Assembly: GCA_016748015.1 (NCBI GenBank)
Contig: JAAOMT010000352.1
Location: 767,964 to 831,963 of the forward strand
Direction of reading: 5' to 3'
Source of the DNA: Geosiphon pyriformis uo1
Lineage: Eukaryota > Fungi > Glomeromycota
DNA: 64,000 nucleotides
Below are positions 36,167-50,200 of this stretch, piece after piece (position 1 is the first letter of the stretch; each line of letters starts with the position of its first letter). The position numbers and the translations under genes are program-made. The notes under the pieces are model-generated. The model saw only the letters and a list, made by a program, of their open reading frames with translations, made no database searches and was not told where the DNA came from.

Positions 36167-39100
36167 ATGATTTAGTATGGAAAATAGCCACATGTAATGT
36201 CAAGGGAATGAACAATTTAGTGAAGCAAGAGGACATTATACATTGGCACAGAGATTTGAACAATTTAGTTTCGATTGTTACTGAGACAAAGTTGAAAGAT
36301 AAGGTTTGGCCTTGGATTACTACCAAATTCGATGGTGTTCGGGTCTTCACTTCTGGTTTGGATTCTGGTTATCTTGGTTCTGGTGTGGTGATTGTCATGA
36401 ACAATTCTTTGGCAAGGCACGTTTTCAAGGTTTCTAAGGTGCCTGGTCGGCTCCTCTCCGTCAGACTTCTCTTCAAAAATAAACTTTTGGTTTCTGTTTT
36501 GGGTCTCTATGCTGGTGCATCTTCAGGTGTCCAATTCTTACAGGCTGGCAACATTAATTCTTTGATTGCTAAGACAGTAAATGAATCATCTTTTGTGGTC
36601 TTGGGAGGTGACTTCAATGAGGATGGCATTCGTAAGAGTGCCAGTTTCAAAAAGTGCTTTGATTTGGGTCTGGTTAATGTTTTGGGTAGAAGTGTGCTTG
36701 CAAAGACACTGACATGGGGTAACTCTCATGGTGTTGTCAAGACCATTGACTATATGTTTGTCTTTTCGAGCTTGATCAATGCTGTGGCAGATCGTGGTGT
36801 GACTGGTGTCGAGGACTTTTTCGATACTGATCATAAGGCTGTTTCTGTTTCTGTGGGCTTGGATGGCTTACTTGACTCTCAGCTGAATTTGATGTGCAAG
36901 CAGGCTAATAAAGATTGTTAGAAGTTTGATTTCAGAAATGCTGGTGAGAAAGGGTGGAACAATTTTAAGAATGCTACATTGGCTAATGGCCTAACGTTCT
37001 CGAGTGATTTTGCTGCTTCTGCGGAATCTTCAGATTTGGATGCTATGTGGGACATTGTATGTAAAGTAATGGTTCTCTCAGCAGTTGGAACATTCAAAAA
37101 AAAATGGTTTAAGGATTATGATAAGGTTTTTACCAAGAGTTCTTCTAGGTTTCACAAGCTTGAGTTGTTGGTATCCAAGCTGGTCAAGGCGTCTTGTTTG
37201 TTGTCTAGTGTAGAATTTGCGTCATTGTTGAATATGTGGGAGAAGCTCAATGTTAATGGTGCTTCGGTAGTGAAGTCTTTATTTCTTTCAAGTTCCAGTT
37301 TTGACAGGATTCGCTCGGCTTTGGCTAAGATGAGGAAGTCTTACCACTTTGCTAAGTTGTTGGAATCCAAATGCGCTGAAGAATCCCGTATTAGGGCGGC
37401 TATTGATAGAAGGATGGAAAGTTTTGAATCAGACAAGGGTTACACTATCAGGAGTGTTTTGGAGCGTTCCTTTCACAAAATGGTACTGGATCATCTGGTT
37501 GTGAGTGACAAGTTGATTTTGGAGCCCAGCTTGGTCAAGGCTAGGGTGGATGGAATCATGGAAGGCTGGACCAGGAAGTGCAAGATGGTGCCAGATATCT
37601 CTGATATTTGGTCTTACCAGTACATGTCTTTAAAGCATGTTTTCGATGGTGCATTTTCTGGTGTGATGAGTCCTGTTGGTTTTAATGAGTTGTTCAGTGT
37701 GGTTTCTGGTCTGCCTGAGGGCAAGGCTGCTGGTCTCTCTGAGATTTCAAATGAGCTTTGGAAGCACTGTGACAGATCAATTTTGGACATGCTTTTGGTA
37801 CTTTTAAATTCTTGTTTGATTCGTGAGTCAATACCTAGTGCTTGGAAGGAAGCCTGGGTCTCAATGATCTCCAAGCCATATGAGTGGGAAGGAGTTCTTA
37901 TGAACATCTGACCTATTGCCTTGATTGAGACTGCCTGCAAGATCCTTTCCAAGATTCTTTCAGATAGGATCTCATTGGCTTGTAGTACTTTTGACGTTCT
38001 GCGTGGGGACAATTTCTCGGTTTTAAAGGGTACGACAACCCAGTCTCCCATTTTTGCCATTGGTTCAATTATTGAGGATGCTTTGGAGAAGAATCGTGAG
38101 CTCTGGTTGGTCTTGCAAGACATGCGGAAGGCTTATGACTCTGTTGGGTGGGAACACCTTCAGGACAGTTTGGTTAGGATAAAAATATGTCGCAGGTTCA
38201 TTAGGTTCTTTGGCAGCATCCACAATGGTCACGTTAACAGAGTTATGACGGATTTTGGTTTGACAGATGGGTACGAGGTGCATAATGGCTTGGACCAGGG
38301 GGAGGTGTTTTTACCACTCCTCTGGTGTATATTTTATGATCCTCTTTTGTGTGAAGTTAAGAGACAGGCAGATGAGTGTGGTTATAGATTGAATTCTCAT
38401 TTTATTTCTGAATGTGGTCATGCTGAGTCTTGGGCTAGTGTATTCTCATTTTTCACAGCGGGTGCTTTTGTTGATGATACTATCTGGGTTGGCAGCAGTC
38501 AAAGTGCTACACAACACATTCTCAACATTGCTAGTGAATTTTTCAGTATCAATGACATCTCAATTAATAATGATAAGACTGTTACCATTCTCATTAATTG
38601 TGATGGTACGGCTTCCTCTTTGCTGATTAGCAGGTCACCCATTTCTATTGCCAAGAAGGGGGAATCGCATCACTATTTGAGGATCTATTTGTCAACTGAG
38701 GGTCTTTCGAAGCCTAGCTTGGCTAAGGTGCATTCTGATATCCGGTTTTTTTCTAATTTAGTCCTGAAAAAGACAGTATCTGATAAGCAATTTTCATATT
38801 TGGTTTTGGCGGTCCTCTTTCCTATCATTGGATATAGGACACAGTTCAGTTACATTCCTATTAGTGCTTGTGGAAAGTGGGACACTTTGATTTGTAAGGG
38901 CTTGAGATCTAAGTCTGGTTTGCCACGTGATTTCTCCAATGATGTGATTCATCATCCCTCTCTGTATGGTTTGAAGACTTTTGAATAGGTTCAAGCTGAG
39001 AGCAAGATGGCTTCGGTCGTTTCCTTCACGAACTCTGTTGGGATTTTGGGGCATCTATTTTCTCACTGGTCACATGATCTTCAGGTCTTCTGCTGGCACC

Positions 39101-40851
39101 CACTACATTCTTTGCAGTGTCCGGTTCGTGTCAAGGTCAATCCTCTAAACAATTTTTTGGCAGGTGTGGTACATATTTTCTCTGGATGTGATTTGTCATT
39201 GAATGGCTTTCTGCCTAGCGCTTTTCGTTGTTAGAGTAGAACCCCTATGTTTCTTGTTCTTGGTGAATCGAATTATGTCAAAAGTGTCTTGTCACTTCGG
39301 CGTTATGGGATTGCTTTTGTAGACCAGCTACGAGACCAAAATGGGGCTGTTTTTAAGTGGAAGACCTTCAAACAGTGGAAATGGTTAGACCCACGTGGTC
39401 TGGTTCCTGTCTGGTTTGAGCTGTTGGTTCGTTTTCTTGGTGGTGTGTCTTTTCTTCCTGTCTGCTCCACACTTTCGGCTGATCGTGGCTCTTTGGATGT
39501 TCTTCGGTCTCATGAGTTTGGCATTATTGGCACCAGTTTATTCAATTCTAATGTTGGTCATCTTTCTGTCTACACAGATGAATCTCTAAGTGATTTAAGG
39601 ACTGTTGATATGAAAGCTGGGGCTGCTGTTTTCTTTGAGAACATTGGTATGGGTTTGGGTGTGGGGGTATCTGGTTTGATGTCTTCTACCTTGATGGAAT
39701 TGCAGGCTATTGCTCTGGCACTTGAGTGCGTCCCTCCTTCTTGCTCGATCAACTTGTTCTCAGACAGTCAGGCTGCTTTGAATGCTTGCAAGTTGGAAAT
39801 GGAATTGGTTTGCCCAGATTTTAGGAATCGGTGTTGAATTGAATACTGCCATATTGTTAATGTCATTCATCATAAGAATTTAAAAGTTAATTGGTGTAAA
39901 GTAAAAGGACACTCAAGGGTTTTAGGCAATGAACAAGCTGATAAGTTGGCCAGGGCTGCAGCTTTCTCTGGTTAGCATCTGCCTTATTCTGTCAATGAAC
40001 GCTATCTTAGGGGTGAGGAAGCAGCTATTTCTGGTAATTCTAGACATTTTGTTCGGGATATTTTTCAGTCAGTTCATCGTGCACATTGGGAAATCAGTTG
40101 TGGTATGAGAGTGGTGGCGGATAGTTTACGCACAGATATTGATTGGTTTAGATCATTGCTGGTTTGGCATCTGAATTCTCACATGGCTGCTGGCTTCACT
40201 AGCAAGCGGACTGCTGGCTTCCAGACTTACTTTATGAAGGCATTGCACTATTGGCTTCCTGTCGCCGTGCATAAGCAGCTTTATGATAAGCAATACCCTA
40301 ATGTGATATGTTTGTTTTGTGGTAATGTCGAGGTTTCAGACCATGTGTTTTCTTGTTCATTTGATGCCAATGGTCGTGCTCAGTTGTTGGATGCTCATGC
40401 AGCTATTTGGGGTGTGCACTCCGGTTTGGCTCATTCTTCCTCAGGTGTCTCACAGCTGATGTCTACTTGTGTATCTGACATTTTAGTTAGTACTGCTCTA
40501 TGCAAAGATTTTGTTTTCAAGGATTGGTTTCGTGAGTTTGTTTCTGTCTTCAAGGACTTCAGGATAGCAGGTCAAACCATTGTGGCCTTTGTGCGTGAGT
40601 TTAGCTTGGCTTTTTGGGAAGACATTTGGTTGGTTCATGCCAAGCACCATGCTTTTATGGAAAAGAATGGGCTTATTCCGTGCAATGAGTTGGTTCTTGT
40701 CTCAATTTCTGGGCTTTCTTTAGGGCTGTCATCTGGTGTGACTTGGCTGCTGGGTGTTGCTGAGGCGATTGGTGTTGGTTTTGAATTCTATAAGTCTTGT
40801 TTGTTTTTTTCTGGCATAGGGGGTGAGGTTTTTGTTCATATAGGTGTTTAG
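36163..40851 (+). pseudogene. LINE-d ORF2 (~1562 aa; APE-RT-RNaseH-CCHC), single frame with about six premature stops
   Basis: All ORF pieces share a frame; IATCNVKG, GGDFNEDG, IDY, TDH; QDMRKAYDSV, AFVDD; VYTDES, SDSQ, KVKGHS; CLFCGNVEVSDHVFSC. Confidence 0.94.
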
Positions 40852-43800
40852 TGTTGTCTTGATTGGTCCAAATAGCTGATCACGTGTGGATAATGCATGA
40901 TTCACACCTAGTTTAGATCATTTATATGATGTATTGCACTAGGCAGTGTTTGGACTTCGCTCATTAAATGTTAATAAAAAAAAAAATAATATAAGTAATA
41001 AATTTTTTGGTATAATAAAAAAACTTTTTTTAATTTGCTTGGTTTTTTTATTATTAAATAAATAAATAAGTAAAACATATTTTTACAAATTAAAATTATT
41101 ATATATATTTTTAAATACTAATTATAACTAAATTATTAAATTATTAAACTATTTATTTATTAATAAATGTTTTTAAACTAATTTTTATGTTATGTTTTTG
41201 ATTATTATTTATAAATTTATATTATTTATATTATATTAAATATTATAATTACTAATTAATTAATTTATAATAATAATTTTAATAATAATATATTTTAAAT
41301 TTTATTAAATAATACTGAAATATATTAATTTGTTAAAGAAAAATGGTAAAATTCGAAATAATATTATAACTTTTCTTTTTAAAAAAATATATTAAGTTTT
41401 AAATTAATTTATTAAATAATAATATAATTTATTAAATAATAATATAATTTATTATTATTAAAAGTTTTATAAATATACAAAAACAAACTAAATGTTTTTA
41501 ATTAAATATGATTTATGTTTTTACTATATATAATTAGTTATTTAAATTAATATAAACATTAATACTATTATTAAAACCAAAAAATAAATAAATATTTATT
41601 ATATAAACCAAAATTTACTATAAAAACTTTAGTAATATTAAACATATAAATTATTTTATTAGAAAAAAAACTTATAAATTATGTAAAATAATATTCTATT
41701 AAATAATAGTTAGATTACATATTAAATAATAATAATAATAATATAATTATTAAAATAAAATAAATATTTGTATTTTAAAAACCAAATTTTTTTTGTAATT
41801 AACTGCTTTTAATATTTACAATTTTAAATTAATTAACTACTTATTTTAATAAATAATCTTGTTATTTTAAACTTAAATAAAAATTGATTTTTTTTTTAAT
41901 AAAACTATTTTTTTTATTTTTTTATTAAGAAGTTTACAATTAAAATATTTTATAAAAAAGTTGACTTTTATATTAAAATAATTACACAAAATAATTAGCA
42001 TAAAATTAATTATTATTATTTTTTTTTATTACAGTTTAACAAGTGCAGTCCAACCACTATCTAAAATGATAGAATTAAATAAGATTCTAAATTAAGTATG
42101 GCTCATGTATTTTCTACATGTGACCAGTTATTTGGACCAATCAAGATGGCACTATACACCTAAACTACCAAATGAAGGAATGTCATGCAAAAAACTGAAG
42201 CCTAATTTGGACAGATAACCACTTAAGCTGAAGCAAATATGGATACCTAATCTAACACCAAGCTCGCAAATCATAACAAAAGTCTACGGAAATGAGAGAC
42301 TAGAGACTGAAAGGATAGCCACACCATCACATGGCAAAAGATTATTCTTTTCATAAAAAGATCTTAATTTAGCCAATGGCAGCCAGATAGCAGACCTGTA
42401 ATTCACAACAATGTTTCTGATCAAGTTAACAATCAGTGCACCACTATTTAGTCTAGTGGTCAGACAGTCTACCACATCAACCACTCAACTTTTCAATACA
42501 AAACTCTTTGCTAATGTGATATACAAACTGTTAGAGAATTTGGTCTCACATAGAGACCAAACTACCATGTCACCATTAGCAGAGACACCACTTGATACAA
42601 CCCACTTATAAACAATGTCAGATAGTAGATTTTTCTTGGCATCACTATCTAGTGCACACAAAAAAACATGGTCTGAATTTTCCACTTCTCCACAATGAAT
42701 ACAAGCCACACTAGGATAATTAGGATTATATATTCTCTTCCTTTTAGCAGTAATGTAACACCTTCATAATATAAGATTGGAGCACTGCTGACGAAATGCT
42801 AGTATAGTTAGAGTGAATATTACTATTAGAATACTATATCTTAAGAGTCCTGGCCATGTCTAAACCACTACCAATGTCTGTATTCATGATGCTGTCAATG
42901 CATTTGGATTCCCATTTAACAAAGCTGATTGCACTAAACAATGACTTGACAAAGCAATAAGCATTTCCAAAAACTATCCTGTCCTCAACAGTTAAAAACC
43001 AATACGGAATTTTGAGAGGCAGCAAAAAACTGGTAACAGTAGCAGTGTCAGTAAAAAAATCAGCTTGTTTATTTTTAATAACATCTGAATGACCTTTGAC
43101 CTTTTGCCAATTAACTGATAAATGTTTTCTAAAAATGACTTGACAAATATGTTCTTTTTTAATCCAACAATTTCTGCAAAAGTTGGAAACAGGCACACTA
43201 CTGTCGAATTTACATATGTTTAATAAAGCCTGACTGTCTGTGAACAAAGTAACAGAAAAAAAATTGGGAATACACTCTAAGACGAGAGCAATAGCCTGCA
43301 TTTCTACTAAAGTCAAGGACAGTAAACCATTTATCTTGACTCCAATACCAAGATTGACATCTGGAAAGTAAGCAGCAGTACCATTACAAATGTTCACCAA
43401 TCCAAAATCTTTGACAGAGCCATCTATGTAAATTTCTACAGAACTCAACAAATGTTTCTCAACAGAGCCACAGTCACAATAATGTCCAGAAGAAAGGAGT
43501 TGAAAACTTACCACCCTATTATGCAATAAACCACCCCCTTCTATAAAACTGACCAATAAGGTAAACCAAGCAGGAACCAGACTTCTAGGATCCAGTTTCT
43601 TCTACCTGCGAAAAGTGAGCCATATAAAACATATACCACTACGGTCCAAAAGTTAGTTGATAAAAGCAATGTTATATTTCTTGAGAGATTTAACCATACT
43701 TAAATAACTGTCCAATCCCAACACTTCCACTACCATAACACCTCTCCCTGCCTGAAACACATTCGGCAGCACATCTCCAAGAGAAAGATTGCAAAAGGCA

Positions 43801-44246
43801 AGAGTGCATATAGCACCCACCAGAAAACAATTCAAGGGATCAATTGACAATTTTACTGGAAACCAGAGGGGATGCCGGGACATCCAGCAAGCAACTTGTA
43901 AGTCCATAGCCCTATGCTTGAATAGATCACCAAGGATTTTAGCACTATTAGAAAATTTGATTAGGTTAGCCACCAGATTTTCAGCCAGTACTTGTTCAAA
44001 AGTCTTCAAACCATATAATTCAAGGTGGTATAAAGCCTCATTCAAAAAGTTTTTAGGCAGATTAGCCTTGAGCTTCAAACCTTTTTTCAACAATCTGTCC
44101 CATTTTTTACAAACACTACTTGATGTGCAACTAAATTGCAGTCTGTAACTAATGATGGGTTGTAAAACTGCAGAGATCAAGTACAAAAACTGCTTCTTAG
44201 TAATGGCCTTCCTTAAGACTATATTAGAAAAAAACTTGACATCCGA

Positions 44247-45122
44247 TGTTACGGGATGGTTTTCTTGGTATATTTAATTACTGATATCCCGTTTTAATTG
44301 CAATCAGTCTCTTGTGAGTTTCTCAATTCTATTTGTGTGATAATATCACTTGTTATACTGAAGGCTTTCTCTTTAATGTTGCAATTTAAGTTATTTCTCA
44401 ATTCCTGATTATTGTGTGTGTTTATGTACTCCTTCCCAAAGGCTGAACTAAAATCTACCCACTGTCTGGAGTTTTCTCTAAGACTATTTTTGCAATTGCC
44501 TAATGTGTTTCTCTAATTTAGAAACATGAAATGTTAATGGCCTTTAGCGCTTTTCCTAATTCTTACAATAAAGCTTTTATCAATTAGTAACAACATGAAT
44601 AATTTTGATCAGGGATTATTCTTCCAAGAGATTCAACTAATGAATGATAATTTCATTTAATAATTAACACAAGTGAGTTTTTTACTACTTTGGGGTTGTG
44701 ATAATTCAGTTTTAAATATTTTTTTTTATTTTTTTTTGATTTAAAAGTTTTTTGGGATATTTAATTTTAAAGGTATGATTTAAAGTGAAGTTTGTTGAAT
44801 AAATTGGATTTATTGCTTAATAAGTTATGATTTTTATTACTTGATTGGCTTTTTTCAATATTAAAGCTACTGTATATATATATGTTTGTAGTTCTACAAG
44901 AAAACACATTGTAATACTTTCTTTTTGATATTTCAATCTGGTGTTTGCTGCTATCACCAGTTGGTGTTGGCTGCTATTGTGAACTGGTGCTTGCCACTAT
45001 TGCGAGATGGTGTTTACTACTATGTTAATCATTACTTTTCTAAGATTATTACTGTGCTATATTATGATTGAATAGTTTATATTATTTTTATGATTCTTTT
45101 GCTAAATTCTTAAACCATAATA
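44247..45122 (-). repeat. 3' LTR of Gypsy B
   Basis: About 90% identical to 53075-53951 over the stretch compared; adjacent PPT GAAAGGAGGGGATAA on the minus strand. Confidence 0.95.
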
Positions 45123-45135
45123 TTATCCCCTCCTT

Positions 45136-45878
45136 TCAAGATTGAGCTCTGTTGAAATCAAAATTAATTTCTTCATTAAATTCTAAGTTACTATAATAGT
45201 TCAATACTGTGTTATTAATTTGTTGTTGTAATTCTTAAAATTGCGAGTTGATAAGTCGTCCAATACTGTTGGTTGTTATTATGTTCATGGTTGAGTCTAA
45301 CAATAGTTTGTGACAGTTTTCAAATGTTTTGAAAATTCTGTAAACTGTTTTTAAATGGAATATAGTGTTGGTTTTACCAATAAAAAGTTCTAATAGTTGG
45401 ATAGTTGTTTTGTCAAACACTCTAGTTGAGTTTTTTGAGTATAATGTTTGTATGTTCAAGTGCTTTCCTAGTTGATAATAACAGTAGTTAATTGGAAATT
45501 TCGTTTTCAAGTTGCTAAATGTGTTTGGTGTTAATTCACTTATTTCTATTTCTTCTATTATTAATGTATTGCCCAATGCTATTTCTAATTTTTCAATAAC
45601 TTTGTTAATAAATTTGTTGTTATGTTTGGTAATATTATATGGTTCAAAATTATGTTTTTTTCTTGTTTTTGGATTTTCTATTGTTTTTTTATGTATGTTA
45701 TTTTGGAGCTATTAACTGTGATTTCCAGATCGGATTTTAATTATTGTAAGCTTTCAACTAATTGTTGAGTTATATTGTTGATGTTTTCTGGAATAAGTAT
45801 CATTGTTTGAATTTTGACTGCTATTTTGGAATCTTTTGCATGTGTTTTTATGATTGTTAAATCATTTTTGCTGTGATC
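45136..45878 (-). pseudogene. Gypsy B ORF3, unknown function (first Met 45803)
   Basis: MILIPENINNITQQL..LEITVNSSKITY..(frameshift)..NFEPY..LEIALGNTL..YCYYQLGKHL..IGRLINSQF..LNYY..DFNRAQS*. Confidence 0.75.
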
Positions 45879-45887
45879 TAAGATTAA

Positions 45888-47266
45888 TTATCTTTTTGAA
45901 TAATGTTCAATTAAAACTATTGGTTCTAAATCTCATAGAATTTGTTCTGGTAGAATTAAAGGTAATTGTGTTCCAATTCTGGGTGTTTTTGTTGTTATTA
46001 CTGGTTTACTGTAATAGAATTTCAGCCAGTTATCATGTGCTGCTTTTTTTAATATTTTATCATTTAGTCTTAGCTTGTATGCTCCATTTTCAAGTATTTC
46101 ATGAATATAAAATGGTCCATCTCACTTGTGATCAAATTTTCCACTCCATTGTTTTTCTATTTTTGTACAATGCAACAATACTTTATCTCCAATTTTGTAG
46201 CTAATTATATTATTTGGTAACTGGTTATTATGTCTCATTTTTTGTTGTTTTTGTGATTGTTCAATATTTTGTGCTGTTTTTCTTCTTTTGTTTTCTAAAG
46301 TTTTCATTAATTCGTATGTTCTTCTAAGTAGTGTTTTCTGGAATGTTGCTTCAGTAATAGTGTCACTTGGATAAATTAGGATAGTAAGTTCAACTGGTAA
46401 TGTGGCTTTTTTTCCATAAACTAGTTTAAATAGTGTGAATTGTGTAGTATCTTGTTTTACTGTTCTATATACTAGTAGTACTGCTGGTATGAACAAATCC
46501 CATTTTTTTCATGTTTATTACTAATTTTCACTAGTAATTTGCATAATGTGTGATTAAATCTTTCAACTAATCTATTTGTTTGTGGATGGTATGATGATGA
46601 CAGTGGTTGCTTGATTCCAAATTTTTGGCTAAGTTCTTTTAAGGTGTTGTTTACAAAGTATGTGTCTTGATCTGATAGCAATTCTTGTGGATATTCATGC
46701 TGACAAATTAAGTCTTTATGTACAAATTGAGCTATGGAAATAGCATCAGCTGTTTTAATAGCTCTAGCTTCTGGCTATTTGATAAGATAGTCTACAGCTA
46801 CTGCAATATAACAGTTGTTTCTTGTTATTATTGGTAAGAGTCCAACTAAATCAATTCCAATTCTGTTAAATGGCTGTCCAACTTTTATTGGTCTTAATAA
46901 TTCTGTTGTTTTTGCTCTTCCTCTTCATTGGCATGGGTCACAATTTTTTATGTATTGGATTATGTCTAAACTCATTTTTGGCCAATAGTAACGGCTAGTT
47001 ACATGTTGGATAGTTGCTGTTTTTCTAAAGTGGTTTGAATGAATATCTGAGTGCATGTTAAATAAGATAGTTTCTTTTTTATTTGTGATTATAACTCTTA
47101 ATGGATTATCTGGATTTTGTCGATTCCAGTAATAAAGTATGTAATTTTGGATGAAATAGTGTTTTGTTAATTTTTGGAGCTTAATTAGCTCTTTTACTGG
47201 TATTTCTTTATCTATTTGTAGTGTTTCCAAGTATTGGCTGAGGTTTTTGTAAAGATGGTTGTTCAT
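45888..47266 (-). pseudogene. int: Gypsy B integrase as a separate ORF
   Basis: ATG 47266 MNNHLYKNLSQYLETL; HSDIHSNHF..YYWP..CDPCQ; IGIDLVG; LSDQDTYF; VERFNHTL; C-terminal LEPIVLIE shared with A. Confidence 0.9.
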
Positions 47267-47295
47267 TGTTGTTGTGGCAGGTGGGTTGGTGATTT

Positions 47296-50200
47296 TTATG
47301 TGTGTTTCATTTTTAACAAACAGTCAACATTAGCATTTTTGGTACCTTTTTTGTATTTGATAATATAATTATATAGTGCTAATGTTTGTGAGCATCTGGC
47401 GTATTTTCCTTTTAGCACTTTTTTGTTATTTAACCAGATCAAACCTCTATAATCTGTGGTAATCTCAAAGAGTTGGTACCATAAATATGTGTCAAAGTGA
47501 ACACAACTCCAGACTACTGCTAAGCATTCAAGTTCGTGTGCTGTATAGTTTTGTTCTGCTGTACTGAGACTTCTGCTGGCATAAACAATTACACGTTCTC
47601 TTCCATTATTATCTTTTTGTAACAGAATGGCTCCAAGTCCAGTTCTAGAGGCATCTGTGGCCAAAATAAATTTCTTGTTGAAATTCGGATAGATCATTAT
47701 TGGTAATTCAATAAGCTTTTGTCTAAAGTACTCAAAAGCTTTTTGTTGTGCTTCAGTCCATTCAAATTTCACATTTTTGGATAGTAGGTAATTAAGGGGT
47801 TTAATGATGTTTGAAAAGTTTTCTACAAAGTGGCAGTAGTAAGATGTGAGTTCTAAAAAGCTTTTAACTTCTAAAACGTTTTGAAGTACTGGAAAATTTT
47901 TTACTTTGTCTATTTTTGATAGATCTGGTTTTATTCCATCTTTTCCAATTACATGTCCTAAAAATGCTAGCTCATTTTTTCCAAAGAAACATTTTTCTAG
48001 ATTTAGTTTAAGTCCAGCGTGTCTTAATCTCTCAAAAACTTGTTGTAAATATTGGAGATGATCCATGAATTTTGACGAAAAAACATTTGTATCATCCAAG
48101 TAGACAACAATGGATTGTTACAAGATTTCAGAGTAAATTATGTCCATTAGTTTTTGGAATGTTGCAGGAGTGTTTATCAATCCAAATGGCATTACATTGA
48201 ACTTATAATTGCCATTTTGTGTTGTGAATGCTGTTTTATGCCTGTCCTTTGGGTCTATTTCCACTTGCCAGTATCCACTGGTCAAGTCTAGTGTAGAAAA
48301 CCATTTTGCTCCTCCAAAAACATTGAAGATTTTGTTGATTAATGGTATTGGGTATGAATTTTTGGTTGTTTTGCTGTTTAGTTTGCAATAGTTGATGCAA
48401 AATCTAATTTTTCCATTCTTTTTCCTTACTAAAACAACTGGTGAGAACCATAGGCTCATTGATGGTTGGATTATTTCTTTTTTCAACATGTTTTGGACTT
48501 CTTTTCTGATAAAATTATGTTCTATTGGTGGGACACAGTAAGTGCATTGTTTTTTAGGTCTAGTATCTCCAGTGGGGATTTGGTGTTGAACCAAGTTGAT
48601 TCTTCCAAATTCGCCATTTTGTGAAAATATATCAGAGTATTTTAAAATTAGTGCTTTTAATTATCACTGTTGGTCAGGATCCATTGTTCTAATGTTTAAT
48701 TTGGCCAATTCTTCTGGCATAAATTGATAGCATTCCAATGGTTGTTGCTAATTTATTGAAGTGAGTTCACAGTAAAGGGCAATTTCTGGAAAATTTAAAA
48801 TTTCTTGTGGTGTTGACATGTTTTCTAGCTCTGTTCTGAGGTATCCAATGATGGTATCTTCTGGAATGTAGATGGGTTCTTCTGTAGTGTTTGTGATAGG
48901 AATTTTTATCTATTGAGCTTTATCAGCTGGAATAAAAAAGTTAGTAAGTCCTATGAGAAACTGTTGGCAAGTTTTTGAATAAGGCTCAAATATTAGGTCT
49001 TTTTCTTTAATTGTTCTTTTTATTCTTATTTCTGATTTTCCATATGATAGAAGTGTGATGAACTGCTCAGTTTTAATTACTTTGCCTTTTTCCTCTATTG
49101 TTTCAGCAAAATTTGCTTCAATTCTTTTTCCTGTTGATCCGAAACCAAAAGTTCCTCTCGTTGTTTGTAACAATTCCTCACAATTTTCTACTGGCACAAA
49201 TTTCCCAATTTTTGCCAATGGTAAGAAAATTGCTTGTGTAATCTTTTCCTTAGATTCAATGGTATAAGGCTTTTCTGAATTGTTCTGTAGCAAAACCATC
49301 AAATTTCCAGTGTATCTGAAGTCAATTACTCCTCTTTGAATGCTTATTTCTTTTTTCACAAGACTTGATTATGATGCTATTTGAATCATTATTCCTGGCA
49401 GAATTTCAACCACTATTTTTAGGTCGATTTTGGTGATGCTCCTGGGTGGTAATGTTGTGGATTTGTCTTCCAGATAATATAGATCAAATCCAGCATCAGT
49501 TGAATGGGCTCTTTCGGGTATTATTCCTAAGTGCCCATTGTCAAAGTATTGGATGTTGATTACCTGTTTTAGGTTAGTATAGGCTATAAATTTTTCTGAC
49601 TCAGGACCTTTAAGTGAGTCTTGTTGATTTATTGATTGATTTTAAGACTGCTGATTCTCAATTTCTATTTTTCTTTCTAAGTCCCATTTGTCTTGACACT
49701 CTTCACAGCACTGATTTTGGCATGGGATAAGACAGTTTTCACAGAGGTAAGTGTTGATTTGGGCGAGATATTGTTCTTACTTTTGTTAAGTAGGGCATAG
49801 TTGTTGGTAGTAGTTCTGGAATTTGTTCACTGAATCAAACATGTTGTAACTGGTGACTTTGTCGGCTACTTCGGCTGACTCTTTCCAACATTGTATTTCT
49901 TTGGTGGTTTTTTCTCTTACTTTGGTCTGTGCAGTGTTGTACAACTTGTCCTCATTGTGTGGGTAATGCTGTAGTCTTTTTAACGCTCTGTTGAATGCTG
50001 CTTTGAATGGCATTCCTCCACTTACCCAATCACAGATGAGAATTGTGTATTGGCAAGTTGCATTATATGTTCCTCTTCTGCCTAGTATGTCATTTTAGTT
50101 ACACCCTCTTGGTAATGGTTCTCCACAAGCAAGGCATGGTTCCTCATCCCATTTTTTGTGTCTTTCTGGGTAATCATATTTTTCTTTGTTACAACGGTTA

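Larger units (their letters stand above)
34191..40985 (+). mobile_element. LINE-d: full-length, least decayed copy
   Basis: 5' CTTTTTTCTCTCTTTCGTCCCAAATTCC; poly-A ending ~40985; probable TSD ATAATATAA (34182-34190 / 40986-40994); retains many CpGs. Confidence 0.95.

Noticed and set aside
40852-40985. Hammerhead ribozyme in the LINE 3' UTR (CTGA.. and GAAA present)
   Set aside because: No conserved CUGAnGA core; GAAA sits in a hairpin loop rather than at the junction
42745-42765. TGTAACA resembling an LTR end inside LINE-e
   Set aside because: It is LINE ORF2 coding sequence (KVLHY) next to a small deletion
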